Positions 1 through 12,216 are shown, counted from the first letter of the stretch. The stretch: DNA of 33,000 bases from Octopus sinensis (GCF_006345805.1 NC_043002.1:118544001-118577000); one strand, 5' to 3'. The notes: generated from the sequence alone by a model not told the origin. Program-made: numbers and translations.

Positions 1-471
<471 letters not shown>

Positions 472-866
472 ACACAACAAAAACTTTGAAAAACAAATAT
501 GTGTATATTTTAGTACGTTGAGCAGGGTCACCGGAAAGCACGGTATTGCTTGTTAGTAAGGGTAAAGCTATTTGATGTAAATTTTGAGTAATTTACTCTA
601 CTCAAATTTTAAACAAAATCAAATAAATTATTTAACTAAAAATTCTAAAATTTTGGCAAAGATATGCCATATTCATTGTTCTAAGGAGTTAATGGATTTT
701 AGAGATTCTTTCGAACTTTATTCTTTCTTTCAAGATTGAAGCTCTGCCGATTTCGAGGAATCACAACTTGTATGCAGACAGCATGTGGCAGGCGAAAACG
801 TCGGTGCTGTACTTCTTTCAGTGGTTCAACAAAACAGTTTTGGAAATTTCCTCTGTCCACATATGT

Positions 867-1103
867 GGAGGCGCGTGGCTTAGTGGTTAGGGTGTCAGCA
901 CCATGATCGTAAGATTGTGGTCTCGATTCCTGGACCGGGCAACGCGTTGTATTCTTGAGCAAAACACTTCATTTCACGTTGCTACAGTCCATTCAGCTGG
1001 CAAAAATGAGTAACGCTGCGATAGCTTGGGAACACAGAAACCGGGAAATCGGGAAACCGGGCCCATGAGCCTGGCTAGGCTTTAAAAGGGTGCATTTATT
1101 TAT
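867..1103 (+). mobile_element. tRNA-derived SINE, family A, with CORE-like central domain
   Basis: Pol III A box TGGCTTAGTGG (876-886) and B-box-like GGTCTCGATTCC (919-930). These are followed by CTTGAGCAAAACACTT...CAGTCCATTCAGCTGGCAAAAATGAG, which resembles the MIR/CORE domain, and an ATTT tail running into (TA)n. A second copy of the family lies at 32883-33000. Confidence 0.8.
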
Positions 1104-1122
1104 TATATATATATATATATAG

Positions 1123-1180
<58 letters not shown>

Positions 1181-1205
1181 ATATATATGTGTGCGTGTGT
1201 GTGTG
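1104..1205. repeat. (TA)n then (GT)n microsatellite
   Basis: Directly visible. Confidence 0.95.
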
Positions 1206-1281
1206 TTTTCTGCGATAATTTTATAAGCGGTGCCGAAATTTACAATTCTGCAAATAGTAATATTTTTTATAAGCTTAAAAC

Positions 1282-1419
1282 TTATAAGTGATCATCGTGT
1301 CTTGACTAAAGAAATAGTCTAATATTGGGGCATATACGCCACTTTTTTTTTCCGTTGAGGGTTTATATATCCCAATATTAGATTATTTTCTTTAGTCAAT
1401 ACATGGTGATCACTTATAA
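1282..1419. repeat. Fold-back inverted repeat or small MITE (about 48-bp arms)
   Basis: 1282-1329 TTATAAGTGATCATCGTGTCTTGACTAAAGAAATAGTCTAATATTGGG matches the reverse complement of 1371-1419 with 4 mismatches and 1 indel. Confidence 0.75.
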
Positions 1420-3560
1420 CAGTGGTTCTTAACCTTTTTACTACCACGCTTCCCCTAGAAATTTGTCCTTCTCTCCACGCCCCCCTTGCATCTATGAATA
1501 AAATTCCCACTCAGATCTTAAATAAAATCTAAAATATGTTTATAGTCTTTTTAGTGAATATGAATTAGTCACATTATTAGTGAGAAATTTGACACTGCTT
1601 CTTAGCTACAAGATCTTGAATGCAGGGTTGAATGCCAGTGAGTTCCTTTCAACGTTCAGTCTGCTTCTGTACTTTGTTTTGACAGCAACGAGCGTGGAAG
1701 ATGCAGCTTCACAAAGATACTTGGATTTAAACATAGCTAAAATCCGAAGAGCCTGATGTGAGATCAGAGGGTAAACAGGAACCTTTCCAGAACGTTTCAA
1801 GATCCAGTTCTTTGAAGTCTTCCTCAGCTGGGGAGTTGAACTTCAGCTCAGGAAACTCCTCTTTGCACTTCATCTAAAACATCAGTCACTTCACACTGAA
1901 ATGGGTTCCAGATGAATTTCCAAGCTTCACTATTTTCATTTGTATCTAAGAAGTATCTGATGAATTCTGTTTTCAAGTTAGATGAGTGATTATGTTTCTT
2001 TAACTCAGAATCAAGGATACCGTGAATGAGAGTAGAATCCAAGACACTAAAACTGGCTGCATTTCCCTGCTGAATTCGACATTTCTAGAGGTTAAGTTTG
2101 GCCATGAAGGCTCGAATGGTGTCTTGGTGCGTGAGGATGTTGATGTCTTTCCCTTATAGCTTAAAGTTGAGAGCATCCAACGCTTCGAAGATGTCCACCA
2201 GATAAGCTAGAGATAGCTGAAAGCCTTCAGACTGGAATTTGTCATGGAGATCTGCCTTCTGCTGCAAATCTAGAAATATTGCTACTTCCTCTCGTAGTTA
2301 ATAAAGCTATCCAAGCATGTTCCACTCTGATGGCCATCGTCCATTCGTGTAAAAAAGCAATGCTTCATGTTCAGATTCCATATCTTTACCCAACAGTTTG
2401 AAAAGACGATTGTTTAAAGCTTCAACCTTTAACAAAGTTGACAACTTTGATAGCCACGTTCAGGACATTTCTCACTTCAGTAGGGAAGGTTCTGGATGCT
2501 AACGCTTCACGATTATGTATACAGTGTGTACCTACAACAGATGGATTTTTTTCTTTCACCCAAGTAATGAATCCAGACTGCAGACCAAGTATGGCTGGAA
2601 CTCCATCAATGCACACCCCTACGAAAGTTGGCTTTTCTGAAAGAAGTTTGATACATCACGAAAAATAGCTACTGCTGTTGTACAACTATCCATAGGGTGA
2701 CAGAATAACATTTCCTCTTTTACACAGTTGCCTGACACGAAACGAGTATATACCATTAGCTGAGAACACTGAACGGTGTCAGTCGCTTCGTCACATTGGA
2801 TGGCAAAAAACAGGAGAATCTCTTACTTGGTCGAGAATTTGATCTTTGATGTCTTGAGACAAGTCGTCGATCCTTCCCTTGACTGTATCGTTTGATAGTG
2901 AAATTTGGGAAAACTTGTTTGCACTATCTTTCCTCAGAACGAGTTCTACTGCACGGTTTTATGACTGTCTCTCTGATGCTATGACTCTTCTTGCTCTTTG
3001 CAATCAACATGGCGATCTCATAGGAAGCCTCTACGACCATTGAAATTTGTTGCCGAAATGGCCCACTGCCGTCCAACTTAGCTTGCTTCAAGGAATGTCT
3101 TTTTGTTTCAAAGAATGCCTTGGGCTTGTCTGCAAGAGCAGGATGTGTTGTCCTTAAGTGGTGTTCCAAGCATAAATGTCGCATTCCATCATTGCTCAAA
3201 GTTTTGTAACATGTCACACATTGGGAGACTTCTGTGTCAGCCGTTTGGAGGGACACGAATCCAAATCGAATATATTCGTCAAGATACTTCTGTTTCTTTG
3301 CATTCATCGCGAAATATTTGATGTGCAGTGGACAACACAAATACGTGAACATAAAGATATGGTACGTGTAAGGTAATGTGAAAGCCCGAGATAGAACTCT
3401 TGGAGTAAAAAGTTCTGAATAAAAAATTAAAACAAAAAAATTTGGAATAAAAGTTAAATAAAAAGAGAAGTTGTGCGAAAAAATTGTACAATAAAATGTT
3501 GTATTTAATTTGCACGAAAATATAAAAAAAGTTTCTTTAAAAAAGAAAAGATTTTGCAAA
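1420..3560 (-). mobile_element. Decayed hAT DNA transposon (Buster/Charlie group)
   Basis: Charlie-type terminus CAGTGGTTCTTAACC at 1420-1434, preceded by the NNNTANNN 8-mer ACTTATAA. Transposase remnants lie on the minus strand. The partner TIR was not found next to the transposase start. Confidence 0.85.
1606..3307 (-). pseudogene. hAT (Buster/ZBED8/SCAND3-like) transposase pseudogene with stops and frameshifts
   Basis: BED-finger-like N-terminus (KYLDEYIRFGF...QCVTCYKTLSNDGMR...LEHHLRTTHP), SLSNDTV, first catalytic Asp motif AIQCDEATD (about 2790-2810), CIDG (second Asp) and THCIH..REALAS (2422-2616), LAYLVDIF, and the C-terminal YLCEAASSTLVAVKTKYRSRL (catalytic Glu). Confidence 0.9.
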
Positions 3561-3709
3561 GCTTTTAGTTTTACCTAGTACTGTCTATGATATTTAAACC
3601 TGAATTTTAGTTTAACATTTGGTTTTATATTATAATTTTTTCTTACAAAAAATTACTATATTTTTAACATAAACATTTAATATTAAAACTTTTGGTTTTA
3701 TTGTTAAAA

Positions 3710-4605
3710 CTAGCTTAATATGATCCGCTCTACGCGCGGGTAAGAGTGTGGTTGTTACTTTCTGTTGCTTTCTTTCTGTTTTTATCACCACATTCTCCCT
3801 CTATGTTTCTCTCTCCTTTCTCTCTCACTTTCCCACTCTCTTACTCTTCCTTTCTCTCGGACTCTCCCTCGCTTTCTCTTACTCCCTATCTTTCTCTATC
3901 TATCTCTCTCCCATTTATAAGCAACAAAAGATCTTGAGTAAGTTGAGAAAGAAAATATTTTGAAAGATCAGTCATAAATATCAGGCAGTGACAACGGAAA
4001 GGTCTGCTTCAAGGCAGACAGCAAAACACTAACATTTAAAAGGGACAGACGAACTTGCGAGCTGAATAAAGATAAAAAAATATTAGAAACCAAAGTTTGA
4101 AGGGATAGAATCTGAGGATAGTAGACTCACCATGGCTGGCATTTCTTAACGACGGACAGCAACGTAGTGGCAGTTTAACGGCTGGCGTAAAATGTTGATG
4201 TTGATGTAAAAGAAAATTTCTAAACACCAAGCTTTGAAGTGATTCTTTCTCACGACAGTAGACTCACCATGGCAAGCATTCAAAACTTCTTCATCATGGA
4301 CGGCAACGCATTGACAATTTAAAGGCTGGTGCAAATTTTTTAGCTTGATGTAACAGAGAATTCCTAAACACCCGCTCCTGTAAATTTTAATCCCCTTCAA
4401 GCCCCATTTAGACCTCTTTTCACATTTTGGTTAATATAACCCGATTTCATTCGGGTCTACTCGGGCCCACATTTTATAAGATGAGGAATTTTATCCTAGA
4501 GGTCACGCCTTTCATTTGAGGAAAAAAATAGTTGCCATGCAAACTCGCCAGCACTTTTAACATAGGTGTGCATATTTTCAGCACAACCGAACATAATGCA
4601 TACAT

Positions 4606-4660
<55 letters not shown>

Positions 4661-4688
4661 ATATATATATATTATATACGCTTATAGA
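3710..4688 (-). mobile_element. Non-autonomous Helitron-like element
   Basis: On the minus strand it starts A|TCTATAAG (4689-4681). It ends with a GC hairpin CCGC-GCGTAGA-GCGG a short distance upstream of CTAG|T (3713-3709). It contains a GA/TC-rich tract and internal 137-bp repeats. Confidence 0.55.
4030..4372. repeat. Degenerate tandem repeat, about 137-bp period, about 2.4 copies
   Basis: GTAGACTCACCATGGC occurs at 4121 and 4258, with flanking similarity (TTGATGTAA...TAAACACC) in both copies. Confidence 0.8.
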
Positions 4689-4708
4689 TGTGTGTGTGTG
4701 TGTACGCA

Positions 4709-4984
4709 TCTTTATATATAAAATTGAAGTTGTGCGTGTGAGACTCTGTCTCCTCCGATTTAGATTCCTAACTACTCCCACATTTTGCGGTTGCAGTTTA
4801 ACCAAAAGCGGGTATCTTATAGTCGTCATTCATATCGAGCCCTTCTGGGTATTAGCGCGCGTCTACAATGAGTCTACGATTAAAAAAAAATTACCATCAT
4901 TTTTCCGCATTTTTAATGATTTTTGCTGGATGCTTATATAGTTATTTCCTTACAAACCCGAGCAACGCCGGGCGATACTGCTAG
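4709..4984 (+). mobile_element. Complete 276-bp non-autonomous Helitron
   Basis: A|TCTTTATATATAAAA 5' end, sub-terminal hairpin CCCGAGCAACGCCGGG (4957-4972), 3' end CTAG|T (4981-4985) and no TSD. These are the canonical Helitron hallmarks. Confidence 0.8.
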
Positions 4985-5415
4985 TTATATAAACAAATGT
5001 ATACAAATTATATATATATATATATAAATTATATTAGAGATAAAACTACTATTAGGCAAATCAAACAGTGAAAAACATAAACCAAAACATAAAAATAAAA
5101 ATATAATATACAAAATATATAAAATATAAAATTTAAAAATTTAAATTATTTAAATTTCAAATTAAAATTATTAATTTATATTTATAATTAAAAAAAAATA
5201 TATATATAACTATCAAAAAGTATTAAAAAGTTTAATATACATAAATACAGATATATACACTTTGTATATATACATTATATGTACATATTTATATATAGAA
5301 CACACACACACACACACATATAAATTAACCCAATAAATATCTGATTCATAATATTTGTTCTCATGATTGTGTGGTAGTTGTGGCGATGATAATTCTCTCT
5401 ATGAATGCAGACAGA

Positions 5416-5440
5416 CGTAGAGAGAGAGAGAGAGAGAGAT

Positions 5441-5505
<65 letters not shown>
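5416..5505. repeat. (GA)n microsatellite
   Basis: Directly visible. Confidence 0.95.
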
Positions 5506-5689
5506 AGGTGAAAGCGCTGGCGAATGCGAGGAGGGAGAGATATAGGACGCTGTGAAACGACGTTATAAAGAGAAAGTGAAGGTAAGGGAAGTAGACGCTG
5601 TGAAACGACGTTATAGATAGAATGTGATGGGAAGGGAGGAAAGAGAGTGAGTGATGGAGGAAGACAGATACATAAAAGAATGAGAGTAG

Positions 5690-5897
5690 ACTTGTCAAAG
5701 TGCGTTTTTGGCCCTAGCAACGACACCTTTTAAGATAGGGATTTCTAACCTAGCCCCCTCGCATCCTCACCTCATTTTACATGTCCCTGTAAATTTTGGA
5801 GTCAATCCGACGTGATCTAGTGGCCTTTAACCCGTTCTCAATACCAAAACCAGACAAACAAACAAACTTTTCGCATTTCAGAATTATAATATAGAGA
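5690..5897 (-). mobile_element. Helitron-like 5' end fragment
   Basis: Minus strand A|TCTCTATATTATAATT...AAGTTTGTTTGTTTGTCTG, which resembles the 5' end of the 4709 element. No 3' hairpin or CTAG was identified. Confidence 0.45.
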
Positions 5898-6214
5898 TTT
5901 AAAATTTTTCCATTCTGTGTTTTAATTTTGTTGAGAGTTTATTAAATTGAGCGATAGTAGAACCTATTATATACTTTTTGTTTTATTTGCTATTTTAAAA
6001 TATTTCATACTTTTCCTCTTACTAAAATTTAAAAATAGTTTGCAATTTTTTAAATTTATTTAATATTTCTTAGTATGTTACAGTAATGATTTGATAATGT
6101 TTCAGCATCTCTTGATTTTTAAGAATCACATTATTGCATATATATGAAAACTGTGGATCTATTAACTGAAAAAGATGTTTGTCTTTATGCGATAATAATA
6201 TCTAAGCTTTATAC

Positions 6215-6538
6215 CAGTGGCTCTTAACCCAAGTCCTGCAGTAACAAAAAAAGAAATTACATAATAAAGGCAACTGTTAAAGCTACAATTCAGAATTAGT
6301 GAGGGTTTTGAAGGATATGAAGGGGGTGGGGGTCAATAAGTACAGAAAATGATAAGTAGAATAAGAAAACTAAAGGTATAAAGCGATACTCTTGCAATTT
6401 TTCATAAACTTCTCATTATTTGACCATGCTCTTGTTAAGAGAATAACTAATATAATTAGAGAAATTCCTGCTTTTTCTCAAGGGCTCGCGTCCCTCCCTT
6501 GGAAATTTCTGATGCGCCCCCCAGGCTAAGAACCACTG
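6215..6538. mobile_element. Non-autonomous hAT (Charlie-like) MITE, 324 bp
   Basis: TIRs CAGTGGCTCTTAACC and GGCTAAGAACCACTG (13/15 match). Both flanking 8-mers have a central TA (CTTTATAC and GCGTATAA) but they do not form a clean TSD. Confidence 0.6.
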
Positions 6539-6655
6539 GCGTATAAGCTTTAAGCTTATGAAGAAAAATATGTGTGTGTGTGATACATATGTGTGTGTGT
6601 GAGTGTGTGTGTGTATGTTTGCATGTACACACATACTCACACACACATGTATACA

Positions 6656-6943
6656 GGCGCGGTCGTGGCTGTGTGGTAAGAAGTTGGCTTCCTAATTACA
6701 TGGTTCCGGGTTCAGTTTCACTGCTTGGTACAATGGACAAGCGTCTTAAACATTTGCGTCCGGTTGACCAATGACATTTGAGGGAATTTGATAGCCGAAA
6801 CAGATGCGTAGCGTTTCGGCAAAGAAACCCGATAGAATAAGTACCGGACTTAAAATGGAGTCGATTTCTTCGACTAAAACCTTCAAGACGGTACCCTTGC
6901 ATGGTCGCAGTCTAATGAGCGAAACAAGTAAAAGATAAAAAGA
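6656..6943 (+). mobile_element. tRNA-derived SINE, family B, internally deleted and diverged
   Basis: A box TGGCTGTGTGG, B-box-like GGGTTCAGTT, and 3' module CGATAGAATAAGTAC...GCAGTCTAATGAGCGAAACAAGTAAAAGA shared with the 11368 copy. Confidence 0.8.
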
Positions 6944-7459
6944 CAAAATTACCATGTTGCATATTTAGATAAGTTACTAAAAATAAGAAAGCTATATGTG
7001 CTGTGTGAATTTTGACAATATAATTTATTGCGCATATTTTTGACGAATAAAATTTATCGTACTCACTAACGAAATAAATTATTCGTCTATCGATCTGATA
7101 TTTTGTTGAAAACACTCAATATTCTTAGTTTACATGAATTACTAAATTTCAGTGATTCTTTTTAACTTAATTTTTCACTTAGTTGGCAGTGCGCCACGTA
7201 TACCGTCTTTCAACCATTGCGTAGGTAGGTGACAGACAAACACGAGGGTGCCTGTGGAAGAATATGAAAATTGAAAACACACACACACACACGTACACAC
7301 GCGAACCCCACCCCGCTTCCACACATGCATGCAGACACATTTCGAAGGGACTCAAGGACTGATAGTTTCGCGTATAGCACTTATCAAACTAAATAATATT
7401 TGATTATTGTTATGCAACAAACTCTCGTCGCTTTAGTCACTTTTGTAACCTTTTGGTCA

Positions 7460-7572
7460 ATTATATTTATATGTATGTGCATGTGTGTACATACACACAT
7501 ACATGTAAGTATGCATATATATCTATATCCATATCTATATCTATTGTATATGTATATATATCTATATCTATA

Positions 7573-7653
<81 letters not shown>

Positions 7654-7727
7654 GTGTATATAATATGTTTATACATACATACATACATGCATGCATACAT
7701 ACATACATACATACATACATACATACA

Positions 7728-7757
<30 letters not shown>
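7460..7757. repeat. Compound microsatellite (TATC/TACA/TA)n
   Basis: Directly visible. Confidence 0.93.
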
Positions 7758-7758
<1 letters not shown>

Positions 7759-8309
7759 GAGAGTGTTTATCGTTATATAATGAGTAATTTTTGGAAGAAT
7801 ATTTTTTCCACCATGGGTACATTAGGAAAGGTGGCTTTTATAAAATAATCATAATTTGACTTTTATCAAATTCTTTTTTGCGTTTATACAATATAATGAA
7901 ATAAATACAAATTTATTTATTTCTTTAAAATAAAATAAAATTAGCTAAAACAAATTTCTCATGTTTATTTGCGATAAATTTATGTAATTTTTCTAAATGT
8001 TATCAACTTAATCACAATCTACTCCATCGAAAACTTATCTCTGCGAAATTTCATTAACATTTTTTAGAAAATTCGAAGACACTCAGCCTGCCCCTTTTAC
8101 GTAATTTTGTTTGTCTCTTACTTTCACTCTCTCTTTCGTTCTTTGAACATGATGTAAAATGTGATTGGAGAAACATCAATACAAACAACATTTACATTGG
8201 CTGTTTTATACGTATAGCAGAGAGCTACCCGTCATGTGACGGACAACATTGCAAGTATACTTTTGCCATCGTGGAAAAACAGCCACTAGTAAAATCAAAT
8301 ATTATCTCG

Positions 8310-8742
8310 CTTGCCTATGATTTCAAGGTGTTTTAACACCAGGTGCATTGATGAGAATATATTCTCTTACGCCTATAGATGCAGCCTACCTTCGAAGTAT
8401 CAAAACATTTGCCCTGTGTATGTATGCTCAATATTGTTTCCCGTGCTATGAAACTGTGGTATGAATCGGTAGATGTATGGTTTGAATGGTATGAATCAGC
8501 AGATGATTCCTACACTATTTTGCACAGAGTCATAGACAGTGATTTAACTTGCATTCGGGTACGTGGTATTGATGTCTATCGCTCCTGAATGGGACCTGAT
8601 GCCAGTTAACTTACTTGCCTATGACTTCCCGGTGTCTTAACACCAGGCGCATTGCTTAGAATATATTCTCTTACGCTTATAAACGCAGCCTACCCACGAA
8701 CTAGCAAAGTACATACCCTGTGGTTGTATGTTCGATATTGTT
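8310..8742. repeat. Pair of diverged direct repeats of about 130 bp, 304 bp apart
   Basis: CTTGCCTATGA...TTAACACCAGG.GCATTG...AGAATATATTCTCTTACGC.TATA...GCAGCCTACC...GATATTGTTT at 8310-8438 and 8614-8742. Confidence 0.8.
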
Positions 8743-8861
8743 TAAATCCCTCGAGCTACTTCTAATTCATATTTGAAAAAATACACACATTCACATATAT
8801 ACATATATATATACATACATACATACATACATATATATATATATACATACACATACATACA

Positions 8862-9410
8862 TGGTGGCTGCCCCCTCGTTATCGAGTATGGCCATTGCAC
8901 AAAGCTTAATCAATGTTGTTATCGTGCAATGCCTGTGCAAGAAGATTTTTTTTAAAGTGAGGAAAGGCTGTGCACTGAGTCAATCCCACTCACTAAGCAA
9001 CAGCAGCCATAATCCGAATAGAAGAACAAGTCAACATCATCGGTAACCACTGAGCCACAGGTTTTATCCCAGTTACCTGAGTTACCTTCTTCTAGAAGGA
9101 TACCCTAACAAAGGCTAGGAGTCCTTCACTCCCAATGGTTGAACCGCGCGATCGGGTATTCAATCCGATTATTTCTATGTCCCCACACATGATACATCCT
9201 TAAGACATTTATTGGATGGCCATTGACTCTCAAGAGTTCCTCCACCCTTTGACGGGTTTTGTTTTTCATCCCGCAGGGTGTCCAATAAACACCCTCCTCA
9301 CCAAGCAAGCTTGGTGGAGTTGCCGGTTTAGTTGCCGACGACCCGACCATGCAACAGGTTGTACTGGGTTACATGTTACCAGTAACACTCGAAAGTGACC
9401 TGACATAAAC
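8862..9410 (-). mobile_element. Probable short non-autonomous LINE derivative (RTE-like 5' region joined to an RTE-like 3' end)
   Basis: GC-richer island between TACA microsatellites. The minus strand ends ...CTCGATAACGAGGGGGCAGCCACCA followed by (TGTA)n. Its 5' part is hairpin-rich and resembles RTE 5' UTRs as I recall them. No coding motif is present. Confidence 0.4.
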
Positions 9411-9412
<2 letters not shown>

Positions 9413-9441
<29 letters not shown>

Positions 9442-9511
9442 CATACATACATACATACATACATACATACATACATGCATACATACATACATACATACAC
9501 ACATACATACA

Positions 9512-9543
<32 letters not shown>

Positions 9544-10050
9544 CACATACATACATACATACATACATACATACATACACACACACATACATACATACAT
9601 ACATACATATATACATACATACATACATACATACATACATGCATGCATACATGCATACATACATACATACATACATACATGCATGCATACATGCATGCAT
9701 ACATACATACATACATACATACATGCATACATACATACATACATACACACATACATACATACATGCATACATACATACATACATACATTCATGCATACAT
9801 GCATACATACATACACACATACATACATGCATACATGCATACATACATACATACATACATACATACATACATACATACATACATACATACATACATACAT
9901 GCATGCATACATGCATACATACATACACACATACATACATACATACATACATACATACATACATACATACATACATGCATATGCTTACATACATGTGCAT
10001 ATACACATATATACATACACCCACACACACACATACACATACATACATCT
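9413..10050. repeat. Long (TACA/TGCA)n microsatellite
   Basis: Directly visible. It explains the MYVC and HTYI ORFs. Confidence 0.97.
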
Positions 10051-10274
10051 ATCTACATAACAGCCCACTAACTACCTATGTAAACTGTGTAAACTGCGTA
10101 AACTCTACCTGTGTAAACTGTGGGTATGGAGGTATGGTATGTACTATGTATATTTCCTATTTAGTATTGGGGAAGTTTCATTTATGAGGATGTACTCCCG
10201 TATTTGTTTGAGTGTTGGGTCTTTTGGGTGCTTGGATAAGATGCGGATGTCAAGCTGACCCAAGTTGCCTCCAA

Positions 10275-10303
10275 AAGTTTTCTTTTGCCCTTATTTATAA
10301 TTG

Positions 10304-10348
<45 letters not shown>

Positions 10349-10936
10349 ATATGCTCTTGGTAAATCAGCTGAAAAATATATAGGATATGTTATTTATTAC
10401 TGTCTATATTTTATGGATTTTATACATATAAAAATAAATAAATAATTAATATACCTTTGGCATGTTGGCAGAGTATGGAGGACTGTTTTTTGTATGTGTA
10501 TTGATGTGTATTGGTGTGCATATCTCTGTCTCTATCTATCTCCATCTCTGAGGATGAGGGTATGTGTCTGTATATATGTATGACTATTTTTTGTATATGT
10601 ATATGTGTGCGTCTATGTACATGTATTTGTGTATGTATCGCCATATGTGTGGTTGACGGGACAGTATGTGTTGCTGACGTACTGTATTTGCATTTGTCGA
10701 GCGTCTTATAAATTTCAGTTGTTTGGCTAGACATATGAAAATTATATTGATTGTTCTTGATTGCCAAGTAAAAAATGTATCAATTATTATTATATAAATG
10801 GTGAGGTTAATATTTAAGCTAATATTTAATAAGACTTTATAATATTTCGTATATTTTGAATTTTTCCTTAATCTGTGTTTTGGTTCCCCCTTTTTTTTTT
10901 AGTTATTTACAAATACATTTTTTTGTTCTGAATCAA

Positions 10937-10967
<31 letters not shown>

Positions 10968-11009
10968 TGTATGTATGTATGTATGTATGTATGTATGTAT
11001 GTATGTATG

Positions 11010-11052
<43 letters not shown>

Positions 11053-11367
11053 TTCTAATATAAGGAAAACAGTTTTTAAAAAAATCATACCAGTGGTCAG
11101 CATATTGATATTCTTTTAGCTTGCTTTCCTCGCTTTAAACACACTGTATTTATAGTGAAAAGTATTGTATGTGGTCAGACGATCTAAAGTCAATATTTCA
11201 GCATATTGCCATAACAATGTTTTCCTTTTGCCCTTTATTATGATTGTTTATAAACATATATATGTGGATATGCTCTGGGTAAATCAGCTGAAACACATGT
11301 AGGATATTTCATTTATTTACTAATGTCTATATTTCATGGATTTTATACACGTAAAAAAAAAAATAAT
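10275..11367. repeat. Dispersed direct duplication of about 150 bp (10275-10445 and 11219-11367)
   Basis: TTTTGCCCTT...GATATGCTCT.GGTAAATCAGCTGAAA...TAGGATAT...TGTCTATATTT.ATGGATTTTATACA occurs in both places. The first copy has an expanded (TA)n. Confidence 0.75.
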
Positions 11368-11779
11368 AGGAGTGGCTGTGTGGTAAGTAGCTTGCTAACC
11401 AACCACATGGTTCTGGGTTCAGTCCCACTGCGTGGCATCTTGGGCAAGTGTCTTCTCCTATAGCCCCGGGCCGACCAATGCCTTGTGAGTGGATTTGGTA
11501 GACGGAAACTGAAAGAAGCCTGTCGTATATATGTATATATATATATGTGTATGTGTGTGTGTTTCTGTGTCTGTGTTTGTCCCCCTAGCATTGCTTGACA
11601 ACCGATGCTGGTGTGTTTACGTCCCCGTCACTTAGCGGTTCGGCAAAAGAGACTGATAGAATAAGTACTGGGCTTACAAAGAATAAGTCCCGGGGTTGAT
11701 TTGCTCGACTAAAGGTGGTGCTCCAGCATGACCGCAGTCAAATGACTGAAACAAGTAAAAGAGTAAAAGAGTAAAGAGT
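11368..11779 (+). mobile_element. Near-complete tRNA-derived SINE, family B
   Basis: A box TGGCTGTGTGG (11373-11383), B box GGGTTCAGTCCC (11415-11426), CORE-like CTTGGGCAAGTGTCTT, a central TA/TG microsatellite, the 3' module, and a tandem AAAAGAGT tail. Confidence 0.9.
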
Positions 11780-11954
11780 ATACCTTTTTTCCATTGTTAA
11801 CTTTGCTTCATATTCTGTGGACCTACATCATAAATTAAGACAAGTCTAATTGTTGGATATACTGTATGTTCTTCGGTCCTCGTCTGAGACTTACATCATA
11901 TCTACCTGGACTTATCTCCCAGCTTTGATAATTATGTGTGAGTGTGTGTGTGTG

Positions 11955-12185
11955 CATGCATGGCTGTGTGGTAAGTAGATTGCTTCCCAACCTCATGGTT
12001 ACGGGTTCAGTCCCACTGCATGACACCTTGGGCAAGTTTCTTTTGCTATAGTCAGTCTCAGACCAACCAAAGCCATGTGAGTGGATTTGGTTGACGGAAA
12101 CTGAAAGAAGCACGTAGTATATTATACATACATACATACATACATACATACATACATACATACATACATACATACATACGTACAT

Positions 12186-12216
<31 letters not shown>

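Noticed and set aside
695-745. 14-mer TTTCGAACTTTATT shared with the hammerhead at 19686-19699
   Set aside because: It is AT-rich and short, with no intact core or stems around it, so it may be chance.
867-940. tRNA gene candidates at the SINE heads (867, 6656, 11368, 11955, 32883)
   Set aside because: A and B boxes are present, but no complete cloverleaf forms and each continues into SINE body sequence.
8340-8385. TGATGA-GAATATATTC hairpin as a hammerhead
   Set aside because: The first core C is missing, GAAA is replaced by TCTT, and the second copy lacks TGATGA.
9275-9335. Twister-like words (CCAAGC, GAGGAGGG) on the minus strand
   Set aside because: P1 and P2 stems and the pseudoknots could not be formed.
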